From the NCBI GenBank assembly GCA_045805065.1, contig JBJMMA010000185.1, positions 1 through 47,121 on the forward strand: a stretch of DNA of 47,121 nt, read 5' to 3'. The notes beneath the pieces were generated by a model. The model was not told where the DNA came from and did not search any database. It saw nothing but the letters and a program-made list of their open reading frames with translations. A program made the position numbers and the translations under genes. This DNA is from Bdellovibrionia bacterium. Lineage in GTDB: Bacteria > Bdellovibrionota > UBA1018. Shown piece by piece: positions 17,713-27,119 of the stretch; positions within the stretch are counted from its first letter, which is position 1, and each line of letters starts with the position of its first letter.

Positions 17713-19041
17713 ATGAAATCGAAATGTCCGATCACCCGACTTCTAAAAATGAATCCAGTGGGGCAGCTTTTAGCTTTTCAAAGCGATCCATACGGATTTT
17801 TTGACGAGCATAAACCCGAAGACACGTCGAAACCTGTGAGGCTGAGCCTGGGATTTCGACCTTTTTACTTCTGCTATCATCCTCGGCACGCGCAGCATAT
17901 CTTGCAGGATCAAAAGCATAAGTACGATAAAAGCTCGTTGGTCCTCAAAAAGATCAAAGCTCTATCTGGGCCAAAAGGGCTGATTCAACTTAAGGACGAA
18001 GAGGCGTTAAGGGTTCGTCAGACGAGCGGAAAACTCATGAGCCCTTCCGGAATGGATCGCCTTGTTCAAAAGGTCGATGCGTTTGTTAAAGAACTATTTC
18101 CAGTGATTGATCGATCGATTGAGAGACAAGAAGCGGTGGATCTGGTTCCACACCTCACCCGAATTGTGCTGCGGACAGCCGGTGTATTTGTCCTTAATCA
18201 TGATCTCATCTCTGAGTCCGATAAACTCAATTCAGCCTTTGTGGACTTGAACCGGAAAGCCGGAGAAAGTCTCAGGAGTCTTGCGGAGTGCCCTTTTTCT
18301 CCTGCAAAGAAGCGGTCAATCGGCACGATTCATTCGGAGTTAGACCGAATCGCGGAAGAAGTCTTAAAGGATAACGAGCCTTCTCTTTTAAAGGCTCTGG
18401 CTGCAAGAGGCGAGGATAGATTGTTTGTCCGCGACCAGCTGAAAGCATTTATGTTTGCGGGATACGACACCACAGCCTCTTCGCTCATATTTGCAACTTA
18501 CCTCGTCGCTGCGCATGAGTCAGTCCAAAGACAGATCGCCCTGGAAGTCAAACGTATGCCCAGATTGAATTTTGAAGGCCTTAAAAAATCAGCCTATGTT
18601 CAATCGGCTTACAAAGAGGCATTAAGACTCTATCCTTCAGCTTATTTCTTGCCTCGCGAAACGAATCAAGATGACGTTTTGGGGGGAGTCAAAATTCCAA
18701 AAGGCTCGCAAGTCTTTCTCAGTGTTCGTCACATCCAACGACATCCTGAGTATTTTGATAAGCCTGACGAATTCGTCGCGGACAGATTCATCCAGGAGAT
18801 CAAGCATCCGTTCTCGTTCATTCCATTTGGTGGAGGGCCAAGAGTGTGTATTGGGGCCGCGCTCGCCAAACTTGAAGCCACTTTGGTACTTCAGAAATTG
18901 TGTGAACGCTACGAGATGCGCCCAGCTCATCCCGCTCCGCCGGAAATTGAGGCCCTGATTACGGCCCATACAAATGCGCCGCTGCCTGTATTTTTCAGGA
19001 AGCGAGATGCGAGCGTACAAAGTGCTCAGGTGCAGTCATGA
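17713..19041 (+). CDS. Cytochrome P450
   Basis: I-helix AGYDTT, ExxR (EALR), heme motif FGGGPRVCIG. Confidence 0.95.
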   Translation: MKSKCPITRLLKMNPVGQLLAFQSDPYGFFDEHKPEDTSKPVRLSLGFRPFYFCYHPRHAQHILQDQKHKYDKSSLVLKKIKALSGPKGLIQLKDEEALRVRQTSGKLMSPSGMDRLVQKVDAFVKELFPVIDRSIERQEAVDLVPHLTRIVLRTAGVFVLNHDLISESDKLNSAFVDLNRKAGESLRSLAECPFSPAKKRSIGTIHSELDRIAEEVLKDNEPSLLKALAARGEDRLFVRDQLKAFMFAGYDTTASSLIFATYLVAAHESVQRQIALEVKRMPRLNFEGLKKSAYVQSAYKEALRLYPSAYFLPRETNQDDVLGGVKIPKGSQVFLSVRHIQRHPEYFDKPDEFVADRFIQEIKHPFSFIPFGGGPRVCIGAALAKLEATLVLQKLCERYEMRPAHPAPPEIEALITAHTNAPLPVFFRKRDASVQSAQVQS

Positions 19042-19907
19042 GCGTGCTTACGGTTCAAACAACCTTAAGAAAAATTGAAAGAAATATGACGGAGATTGCT
19101 CCTCATCGGCATCCCGCCTTATTTAGCAAATTTCTTGTCAAAGGATATGGCGCGATCACACTGAGCTCAGTGACTGAGCCGAGGTCTTCCGATCTATTGC
19201 AGGCCAAGCTTTGCCTGGGTACCCTGATTACGCTCTACGATGATTTTGCTGACCGACCCTCACAGAGGGATTCGCAGCTGTTAGAGACGCTTTATCAATT
19301 CAGGTTCGGCGAGCAGTCTTCTTCAGTCAGAAGTTTGAATTCATGTCATCGCCGCACGGTGGACTTTGCTCAGTCATTATTCATTGAGATGGAAAGGATT
19401 TTGAATCGACAGCCGCATTATCGCCACTTCATTGAGATTCTCAATTTTGACTTAGCACAGTTTTATTCGGCAAATCAGTTCAGCTCTCTGTTGATGGCCA
19501 ACCCCTCTATCAATAACTCCTTGGAAAACCGGCTTTACGCTCACCACAACATGGGGATGGTCATCGTTGCGATGATGGATTTGATGGCTACTGAGCGTGT
19601 TGAGCTTTCCGAGCTCGGGGCGATGCGCGAGGTTTTCTTGCTCGGTCAGCGCTTGGGACGGATTTTCAATGTCCTAGCAACTCGGAAACGAGAAGCCTTG
19701 GAGGGTGACATCACTGGAGAACTCTCTACTTGCATGAGTGAACGTGAGGTCGAGATTGCCGAACGAGCGCTACGGCAAGAGATCAGTGAACTTCGTGACA
19801 AGATCAGGACTTTCGATGGTCGAATCACGACGTTTTCCGTGGAGGCTTATCTCGACGGACTAGCAAAGGTCCATAGGCTGCATGAAGAAATGGAGGGCGT
19901 CATATGA
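19038..19907 (+). CDS. Class I terpene-synthase/isoprenoid-synthase fold protein
   Basis: DDxxD (YDDFAD) and NSE/DTE-like 'RIFNVLATRKRE'; helical; ATGA overlap with the P450. Confidence 0.7.
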   Translation: MSVLTVQTTLRKIERNMTEIAPHRHPALFSKFLVKGYGAITLSSVTEPRSSDLLQAKLCLGTLITLYDDFADRPSQRDSQLLETLYQFRFGEQSSSVRSLNSCHRRTVDFAQSLFIEMERILNRQPHYRHFIEILNFDLAQFYSANQFSSLLMANPSINNSLENRLYAHHNMGMVIVAMMDLMATERVELSELGAMREVFLLGQRLGRIFNVLATRKREALEGDITGELSTCMSEREVEIAERALRQEISELRDKIRTFDGRITTFSVEAYLDGLAKVHRLHEEMEGVI

Positions 19908-20338
19908 CTTATGTTTCTGGCGGATGCTTATGTGAAAAAGTGCGGTACACGGTTTCATTACCTCCCATATCGCAAGGGATCTGTTATTGCCGCCAATGCC
20001 GGAAAGCGGGAGGAGCATGCGGAAGCCCGTTGATGGTTTTGCATAGAGACGCATTTGAGTGCTCGAAGGAAGCATTATCATTTTGTCGAACCCAATCAGA
20101 TGATGGCTCAACTGTGGTGAGGAATTTTTGCAGAGAGTGCGGCAGCCATATTTTTGCCCAGATTGCGGACGTTCCGGAAATTGTCACTGTGAGAGCCTCG
20201 ACACTCGACGATGTGAGCCGCTTTATCCCGGAATATCTAGTTTGGACTCGAAATGCGGGTCCGTTCTGTAGCTTTCCTCCAGGAGTTCCAGCTTTCCGAG
20301 AAGATGCGCCTCTTCATATGGTGTTGGGAACAAATTAG
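19904..20338 (+). CDS. GFA/CENP-V family Zn protein
   Basis: GGCLC, CYCRQCRK, RNFCRECGS; ATGA overlap. Confidence 0.9.
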   Translation: MTYVSGGCLCEKVRYTVSLPPISQGICYCRQCRKAGGACGSPLMVLHRDAFECSKEALSFCRTQSDDGSTVVRNFCRECGSHIFAQIADVPEIVTVRASTLDDVSRFIPEYLVWTRNAGPFCSFPPGVPAFREDAPLHMVLGTN

Positions 20339-20549
20339 AAGTAGGTCGTATCAGCGATTTTATAGAAATGGTGGGTCGGGAGAGTCGGCTCTCGCCATAA
20401 GTCAGTTAGTTCGTGATGAATGTAGCTTTGAGGTCATGGAGACGAATGTCTGTGGTCCTAAGCGATTGGCAAAAGTTTCTCACCATCTTAGTCGCATGCC
20501 CTGCTGAAGGAGATAATTCGACTTTTAAGGTCGATATCCCTCAATCTAA

Positions 20550-20927
20550 CTATCTATAAATGTACTTATGATTATCTTCAGGTGTCAGCGAGAGGTCGAC
20601 AATTCTCTCTGCGCAGCTATTAAAGGAGATGTAAACATATTTGTTCTCGTTCAGTGCAAGTTGCGCATTCTTAGACATTGTCGGGAAATTGGGAACTGAC
20701 GAATCCACATAGAAAGCGCGTCCATTAGCTGCGAATCCAAGGACATATGCCTCTTTTAAATCAGATTTACTGAACACTGATAACTCACCGTAATAGTACT
20801 TAAAACAGAGCGAAGGATACTGGTAGGAATCGGATTGATCCTCATCGGCTAATGCCAAGGGACCGGTAAATAACGCTGAAAGTAATACCGTGAAAAAGGC
20901 GTTGCACAATTGAATTCTCATTTGCAT
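20550..20927 (-). CDS. Small secreted hypothetical protein
   Basis: GAGG RBS; signal peptide ending ALA-DE. Confidence 0.7.
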   Translation of the reverse strand: MQMRIQLCNAFFTVLLSALFTGPLALADEDQSDSYQYPSLCFKYYYGELSVFSKSDLKEAYVLGFAANGRAFYVDSSVPNFPTMSKNAQLALNENKYVYISFNSCAERIVDLSLTPEDNHKYIYR

Positions 20928-21110
20928 GAACCTCTTGATGACTCGATTGATTCCGTCGAGAGTCGCCAGTCAATACATAGGTATGTATACGATTGCAATG
21001 AGATAGATGTGGGTCAGCGAATAGCTTTATTCCTTCAAATGTGTCGCATCCTATAAGCGAGCGCTCAATTGCAACAGTCGAGACGACCTATTTTACTTAA
21101 GTTTCGGCAG

Positions 21111-22034
21111 TTATTGAGACTCGTCTGCATTTTCGCAAGTAGAGTGTGGATATACCGTGTGCCATACGTTGTGATGAATTTCGTCACGGGTATTTGAGTA
21201 AGGAACAAACAGACAAGCCCCGCTTGCTACAATACGGCCAGATCCGTCCGGACTAGCGACGCCAGCACCTATGGACCGGCGATTGAGAGATATCGCGATG
21301 TCTTCGTACATCGCCTCACAAGATGTTTTGATATCATCAGTCTTCCAGGAAGTAATTTGAGGTTCAAAGCTACGTCCCATATACGAAAAGCGTTCGAGCC
21401 TTCGTACATGACAGTAGGGGTCATCTTTATTTAAGGCACTCAACTCTGTACACTGATCTTTCGTCAGCATGCGAGTCCAGTTATCGATTTTCACTGGTCT
21501 CGTAAAAGTTGCAGGATCAATAATTCGATCTTCTTCAGATCCATCGTTTTTTTGCACGCGCACCACAACTGCCACATGTGAAACCCATGCCATTACTTGT
21601 CCAACAACAAATGGGTTTGGTACTGGAATTTCTTTTTGATACAAAAAGTATTTTTGACTGTATATCCCGTGCTGCTCAAAAAACTTTGCCATCAAATGTG
21701 CTCTTGCATGGCAATTTGCGTTTTCTGGTCGCTCAAAACCAATCTGTTCACTCTTCGCTAATTTGGCAAAGAGCTTATTTAGTTCGGCTTCTGGGATCGA
21801 GCGCCGCAAGGCCGATTCAGGTGGAGGTTGATCTGAATTGGTCGCCATGCATTTGTCTACAAAGCCCGATTGAGAGCCACTATTGTCTGATGAAACGCTT
21901 TCCATGGTTTGCACTAGGGCTGCGCAACTTGGAAATGCGGGATTGATTGAGGTGAGCGTCGATAGATCCAAGGCAACGCCCTTTGCGAATGACCTAAGAT
22001 ACAGTTCATCTTTTGTAAAACGAGCGCATCTCAA
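21111..22034 (-). CDS. Protein-glutaminase domain protein (5' end uncertain)
   Basis: NCHARAHLM, WVSHVAVVV and IIDPATF correspond to the Cys-His-Asp motifs of Chryseobacterium protein-glutaminase. Confidence 0.8.
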   Translation of the reverse strand: MRCARFTKDELYLRSFAKGVALDLSTLTSINPAFPSCAALVQTMESVSSDNSGSQSGFVDKCMATNSDQPPPESALRRSIPEAELNKLFAKLAKSEQIGFERPENANCHARAHLMAKFFEQHGIYSQKYFLYQKEIPVPNPFVVGQVMAWVSHVAVVVRVQKNDGSEEDRIIDPATFTRPVKIDNWTRMLTKDQCTELSALNKDDPYCHVRRLERFSYMGRSFEPQITSWKTDDIKTSCEAMYEDIAISLNRRSIGAGVASPDGSGRIVASGACLFVPYSNTRDEIHHNVWHTVYPHSTCENADESQ

Positions 22035-22117
22035 GCACTATGCTCACGTATTATCGCTTCTTCACTGAGGATAAAGATAGCAACGAGGAGGACATTATTG
22101 AAAAGAATTAGTGCTCC

Positions 22118-23044
22118 TTACATGTGGGTCACGACGTACTGGCCGTTGAAGTACAGAAGGGCATACGCTTCCGAGCTCAAGTGCTTTCCATTTTGTGCCT
22201 GCACATCATTTAGGAATGCGCCGAGCACATTCTTGGCTGTCTTTGGATCACTCGTTGCTTTCGAGAGCGCAGTATTGAGCTTTGCAGTAAGGCTGTTCGC
22301 AATCCCGTCGTTGTCAATCCAACCCTGTGCTCGTGATTGATTCACGAGCGTGATGAGATTTCGGATGGAGCCAGCTGCATCGAAAGTGGCAGGAGGATTG
22401 ACAGGGCCGAGGGTCTTGAGGCTTACAGTATCTATAAAACTGTTCGGATATTGGGCCTTCAGTTGAGAGTAAATCCGATCGAAGGATTGATCAACAGAGG
22501 GAGAGTCGTCGTCGCCCGGAACAAAATATCTGTTTCTTGCACGGCCAGAAAACTTGGCATCGACTATTGTTGGCAGACCGCTGCTTTTAAAGGAAAAGCC
22601 GGAAACCGTTTGACCGGCGGGGATCCCGTGTATGGAACCACGGTCCTTGGACCAGTACCAAATGCCTTGTTTCCGATATTCATTCCCAGACCACTCTTCG
22701 GCTGGGCTTGGATTTGTTGCATTTGAAACGGGCGCCGGATGATAGACGTATATTCCTTTAATGGCTTGCACAGCTCCTTGCAAATTTGAAATGGTGAATG
22801 TGTAGGTAAATACCTGTGCAGCCTGATCGTAAGATACCGCAGACTTAATTGCTGGCTTTACCTTGTTGCCAGAATCCAAGATCGATCTTTGCAATCCATT
22901 GTCTGGTGTTTCCCATTCAAATACAATCCAGTTATTTTTGGCGTCGTAATATCCGTTAACCGGCTCACTTGCCATCAAGGTGAATGGTGTAAAGATACTC
23001 ACGAGTAAAATAGACTTCTTTAAAAAATGTCTTCCGAATTTCAT
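22118..23044 (-). CDS. Secreted protein with C-terminal FIMAH-like helical domain
   Basis: AAGGAG RBS before ATG 23044, signal peptide, 'GWIDNDGIANSLTAKL...AFLNDVQAQNGKHLSSEAYALL'. Confidence 0.75.
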   Translation of the reverse strand: MKFGRHFLKKSILLVSIFTPFTLMASEPVNGYYDAKNNWIVFEWETPDNGLQRSILDSGNKVKPAIKSAVSYDQAAQVFTYTFTISNLQGAVQAIKGIYVYHPAPVSNATNPSPAEEWSGNEYRKQGIWYWSKDRGSIHGIPAGQTVSGFSFKSSGLPTIVDAKFSGRARNRYFVPGDDDSPSVDQSFDRIYSQLKAQYPNSFIDTVSLKTLGPVNPPATFDAAGSIRNLITLVNQSRAQGWIDNDGIANSLTAKLNTALSKATSDPKTAKNVLGAFLNDVQAQNGKHLSSEAYALLYFNGQYVVTHM

Positions 23045-23054
23045 TAATATCTCC

Positions 23055-24761
23055 TTACAGAATGCTGTCACAAAGCTTGGCAAGCTTAGCCGAGTAAGCA
23101 TTGAAGTATATATGATAATGTTCATTCGTTTGGTTTGGATACTCCAATACTGGGACTCCACCCAGAGCACAGGCAGTGGATTCGAAACTATCTTTATTAT
23201 CATCCGGGATGCTTGTGCTTCTAATATCTACGTCAGTCCCTGTCCGATGAAATGTGTGCGGTCGGGCCCAAGTGTTCTTATGGTCGTATAAACCACCCCA
23301 CGGAAGGCTCGCATCTGTCACCACAAGCGGAGTATCTTTCGGATGATTCCCGCTATATATGGAACCAATCGCGAACATGTCTTCGTCGACAAACGGCTGC
23401 ACGCTGTAAAAATTCTGGTGCTTGTATCCAGCGCAATTCTCTATTGCGCATTTGAACAAGTAGGTTCCCCCGCCCAATTGAGAAAGTCCTGGAACCTTAA
23501 CCGTCAGATCCTGAGAATCATTTACCGATGGACTTTCTACAAGTTCTCCTGAGATCGTTTCGATTCCGCCAAACTTTGATGCCGTGTAGATGACGGTGCA
23601 GGTGCCGTCATCCAAGGTTTCACAAGAGTCTTCGTCGTTCTTGAAATGCCCGATCGGTCGTCCATCTGTGTGCATATGACCGCCGGAACCATCTTTCGGT
23701 TTTACCGAAAACTGAATCGTTTCACCCGAGATTGGCGAACCAGAAGTTGTGGTCAATTTCGCCGTGACGATCGATTCAGTGTTTCCGGGGGTTTGGCCGA
23801 TATCTGACATATCAGGATAAACCTGTCCCTGTGAGAGCGACAACGCCAGTTTGTACGGAAGTCCGACCTTCACTTGCACGCTCTTTGTGTTATTCGGGAG
23901 ATAGTCTTCGTGATAGGTATCATTCGGTGACACGGTCGCTGAGATCGTTTGCGTGCCTTTTTCGCTTTCATTAAAAGTCACCTCAAAAGGGACTAACAAC
24001 CCTCTCAAAAAGTCCTCAGAACGAATGGTCTGTATCTGAGGGGGCTGAGACCCCGCCTGTAGCACCAAGGTAGTTGTCTCGTTCGTCGAATCAATAAGCC
24101 CCACATCCCCGCCTACTGGCACATTTACTTGGATCGGAACGCCAGGTTTGACTTGAAGAAGTCCGTCAGATGGATCGACGACTGAACCCGGCTGCGAAAT
24201 TTGAAGATCCCCCAATGCTAGATCGGGATAAGAGGTGATCGAGAAGCGCGAGATAGTAATGAAAATATAAGATTTACCCAAGTTCCAGCATACAACTTCC
24301 GCTCCGGGCAATCCTGCGATTGGAGGCGTGCCGAGCTCTATAGGAACAGAGGTCACTTTGACATTAGGAACAGTAATTCCAGCACCACCAACGTGGCAGT
24401 AGAGATTGTCAGTTGAGGTCGCAGTCAAAAGCACAGAGATAGAAGCCCCACTCATGCTAAAACCTGCCGCGTTTGAAGCGTATGGACTTGCGCCGGGTGG
24501 AAGATTAGCAGGAAGCGGAGGGAGTCCCACTACGATGCCTGATGGAGAAAAGTTCGGCTGAATTGGCGTAAATGCCCCTAAAAACACCCCGCTGTTTGCA
24601 TTGTCGCCGACGTATGCATATCCCCATTGAGGACCTCCTGCCACTTGTACCCAGTTCATCGGATCTAAAACTTTTGTTACCGACGCCAATGCAGGACAAC
24701 TCTGTAGGAAAGCCAAAAAGCATATCAGTTCTAAGACGTGAAACGCACGACCCAATCGCAT
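23055..24761 (-). CDS. Secreted CARDB/Ig-like protein with C-terminal MepA/M15-like Zn peptidase domain
   Basis: 'PDLA...PNNTKS' (CARDB-like), Big-1-like segment, 'DASLPWGG', H-x6-D in 'HRTGTDVD', HxH in 'EHYHI'. Confidence 0.75.
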   Translation of the reverse strand: MRLGRAFHVLELICFLAFLQSCPALASVTKVLDPMNWVQVAGGPQWGYAYVGDNANSGVFLGAFTPIQPNFSPSGIVVGLPPLPANLPPGASPYASNAAGFSMSGASISVLLTATSTDNLYCHVGGAGITVPNVKVTSVPIELGTPPIAGLPGAEVVCWNLGKSYIFITISRFSITSYPDLALGDLQISQPGSVVDPSDGLLQVKPGVPIQVNVPVGGDVGLIDSTNETTTLVLQAGSQPPQIQTIRSEDFLRGLLVPFEVTFNESEKGTQTISATVSPNDTYHEDYLPNNTKSVQVKVGLPYKLALSLSQGQVYPDMSDIGQTPGNTESIVTAKLTTTSGSPISGETIQFSVKPKDGSGGHMHTDGRPIGHFKNDEDSCETLDDGTCTVIYTASKFGGIETISGELVESPSVNDSQDLTVKVPGLSQLGGGTYLFKCAIENCAGYKHQNFYSVQPFVDEDMFAIGSIYSGNHPKDTPLVVTDASLPWGGLYDHKNTWARPHTFHRTGTDVDIRSTSIPDDNKDSFESTACALGGVPVLEYPNQTNEHYHIYFNAYSAKLAKLCDSIL

Positions 24762-25169
24762 ACGTACTACCTTCTGCTTATCTTGCTTCGCCCAAAGTTT
24801 CCGTGGCGAATCGTTCTCCCTCTACACCGCTAGATAAGCTCGATAGGTTTCACGATAGAAGATCTTTATCTCTTTAGGAATAAGTCAAATATGACACCCC
24901 CAAACTTTTTCATGTTCCACACAAAAACAATGTTCCCTAGGCGTCATTTGCACGACTAAGTTCTTTTGATCCGTCCATCCCATAAATGACGGTGTAACGC
25001 AGAAATGTAGGCAATTATTGTCCTGAGCAAATGCTTTGCACTTTTGCAGGAGTGCTTTTACAGCGCCGCTCAACCGACTTGATCAATTAGATTGCACGCA
25101 AGTGTTTGAAGTGTCCGTTAAAGAACCCTCTATGTCCTTCATCAGCTTGACTATTAGGGAGGTAATGAG

Positions 25170-25616
25170 TTGGATTGCCATTCAATGGAATACATCTATT
25201 CGGATAAATGGATAACCTTTGTTGGGACAATTCTAACTGTTCTGGTGTCGTTAGCTATTTGGACTCTTACCCAACGAGCGAACCGTATGGCTCAAGAGCG
25301 TATGCGTAGAGAAGAACGCTATCAAGCGCTGCTCGACAGCCTCCGCGGCTTCTATGTTAGCTCGTATGATCAAAGCCTCAGATCGGAATTCTTGCGGCAA
25401 CTTAATCTTGCTTGGATGTACTGTCCTGACGCAGTAATCAAGGTCGCATATGAGTTTTTAGAAACAGTTCGCGATCAAAAAAAAGTAAAAGATGAAGAGA
25501 AAGAATTGGCGTTAGGCCGCCTTGTCTTGGCAATCCGAAAGGACATGGCTTCAGGAAAAATTCTTAAAAAAACGAACCTATCGCCGGAGGACTTTAAACA
25601 CCTCCAAGCGACTTAA
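25170..25616 (+). CDS. Hypothetical protein, single N-terminal TM plus helical domain
   Basis: GGAGGT RBS; TM 'WITFVGTILTVLVSLAIWTL'; start 25170 (TTG) or 25185 (ATG). Confidence 0.7.
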   Translation: MDCHSMEYIYSDKWITFVGTILTVLVSLAIWTLTQRANRMAQERMRREERYQALLDSLRGFYVSSYDQSLRSEFLRQLNLAWMYCPDAVIKVAYEFLETVRDQKKVKDEEKELALGRLVLAIRKDMASGKILKKTNLSPEDFKHLQAT

Positions 25617-25688
25617 ATAGCTGCTCATAGTCATTTCGCCGCTTGCTAAAAGTGTAATTATTTTGCATATATTGGAGCTTAAGACTAA

Positions 25689-25719
25689 AGTTGCATAGTG
25701 CAACTGACGAGATTATAAT
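25689..25719 (+). promoter_or_regulatory. Sigma70 promoter of the TA operon with overlapping operator
   Basis: TTGCAT (25691-96)-N17-TATAAT (25714-19); AGTTGCA-TAG-TGCAACT palindrome covers the -35. Confidence 0.8.
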
Positions 25720-25731
25720 AGGTAACAGCTA

Positions 25732-26034
25732 GTGCCGGTGAGATTGAGGGAATTAAGCACTTACTTCAGTAGTAATCGCAAGAGCTGCAAGGTGTTAGTG
25801 AGCGACCACGCCTGGAAGGACCATCGAGAGCGGGGTTTCACTTCACTTGAGATTGTTGACTTGGTGAAAAACGGACGAGGATCGTTACGTTTAAATACGG
25901 CAGATAGCGCAATTGAAGGCAGCGTAGTTCTGCATGTAAAGGATCGCCAGGAGAGGAAATGCGAGCTCGTCTTAATCATCAAGGAGGATGAAAATATAAT
26001 CAGAGTTTGTAGTGCTTGGAGAAGAAGCTCATGA
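25732..26034 (+). CDS. DUF4258-like (RelE/BrnT-like fold) putative toxin
   Basis: 'SDHAWKDHRERG' and C-terminal 'IRVCSAW'; about 100 aa; ATGA overlap with the antitoxin. Confidence 0.7.
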   Translation: MPVRLRELSTYFSSNRKSCKVLVSDHAWKDHRERGFTSLEIVDLVKNGRGSLRLNTADSAIEGSVVLHVKDRQERKCELVLIIKEDENIIRVCSAWRRSS

Positions 26035-26909
26035 AAAAAGAAGTAAAAAAAATTGAGAAATATTCTTTCTCCGATCCTTTTGGGACAGTCACCGCTTCGG
26101 TGTCCATGATCTATTTAGATGGTGAAGGATTTTTGGACGATACTGAAATTGAAAGACTTAGTGCTCTTACTGCCACTCAATTCGATGAGCTTAATCGAGT
26201 TTCCATTAAGTCTGGGCAGCGAACTCTTACGAAAGATGAGTTGTACCACTGTCTTGTCTTCTTTAGGATTCAAGCAAATGATTTGGCTAATTTGCTTGGA
26301 ATCGACAAGTCTGTAGTTTCGAGACAGCTTAAGGGTAAGTCCTCTATTACGACCGCTCAAAGCTCCACTTTGATTGATTTGATTGTGAATGAGCTTGCGG
26401 AAAAAGGTTACGTTCAAAGAAAAGTCCGCGCTTTAAAAGCTGCGATACAAAATAATAATTCGCTTGAGGAGCTTGGGGTTGAGCCTAAGAGCGTCGCTTT
26501 GCTGCTAATCTCAAAATTCAAGCAGCATAAGGCTGAGATTACTAAGCTGAAGCTACACAAACTTTTGTACTATGCTCATGGCTTAGGAATCGCTCTCTAT
26601 AATGTTAAGCTTTTTGACGAGCCTTTTCTCGCCTACAAGATGGGGCCGGTCTTAGAAAGTACCTATAAGTTAACAAAAAAATACAAGAGCGATGATTTAG
26701 CGAAATTGTTGCCAGATGATCGAGAGATCATCGAGCCGAGTGAAGTGGTGCGTGACATCGTGGATGCCACTTTTGAAAGATATGGCAAGGTCGAGACATG
26801 GGCTTTAGTAGAGGCGACACATAAAGAAAAGCCTTGGACACAGACCAAGCAAAGCGCAGAGATCTCTGACGAGCTCATGATTCAAGAGTTTAGAGGGAAG
26901 TATCTTTAA
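26031..26909 (+). CDS. XRE-HTH + Panacea (DUF4065/SocA-like) antitoxin
   Basis: HTH 'QANDLANLLGIDKSVVSRQLKG'; Panacea motifs 'KLHKLLYYA', 'AYKMGPV', 'THKEKPW'. Confidence 0.85.
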   Translation: MKKEVKKIEKYSFSDPFGTVTASVSMIYLDGEGFLDDTEIERLSALTATQFDELNRVSIKSGQRTLTKDELYHCLVFFRIQANDLANLLGIDKSVVSRQLKGKSSITTAQSSTLIDLIVNELAEKGYVQRKVRALKAAIQNNNSLEELGVEPKSVALLLISKFKQHKAEITKLKLHKLLYYAHGLGIALYNVKLFDEPFLAYKMGPVLESTYKLTKKYKSDDLAKLLPDDREIIEPSEVVRDIVDATFERYGKVETWALVEATHKEKPWTQTKQSAEISDELMIQEFRGKYL

Positions 26910-27119
26910 TTGTTTAGGCTCCACTAAAAGGGATCTAACCGCTCTAAGAAAACTGCTCCGAACGAGAAGCATTCAGGGAGCAAAAAAGAAGCACGCTCAC
27001 GAAATTTTCTGAAATTTCGCGAAAGACTCAGGCCGTGATTGCTAAGCCCGGTGATGTGATTTCAACTACTTATTACGATGGGTTTTATTAGCGACTTGCT
27101 TTGAAGTGACTTCGAAAAA

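Noticed and set aside
23045..23203. N-terminal extension of ORF 22118..23203
   Set aside because: Overlaps the upstream peptidase gene; RBS and signal peptide support ATG 23044.
24780..25140. Short ORFs or a possible integrase/transposase remnant inside the island
   Set aside because: No recognisable recombinase or transposase motifs and no terminal inverted repeats by eye; tBLASTn would be needed.
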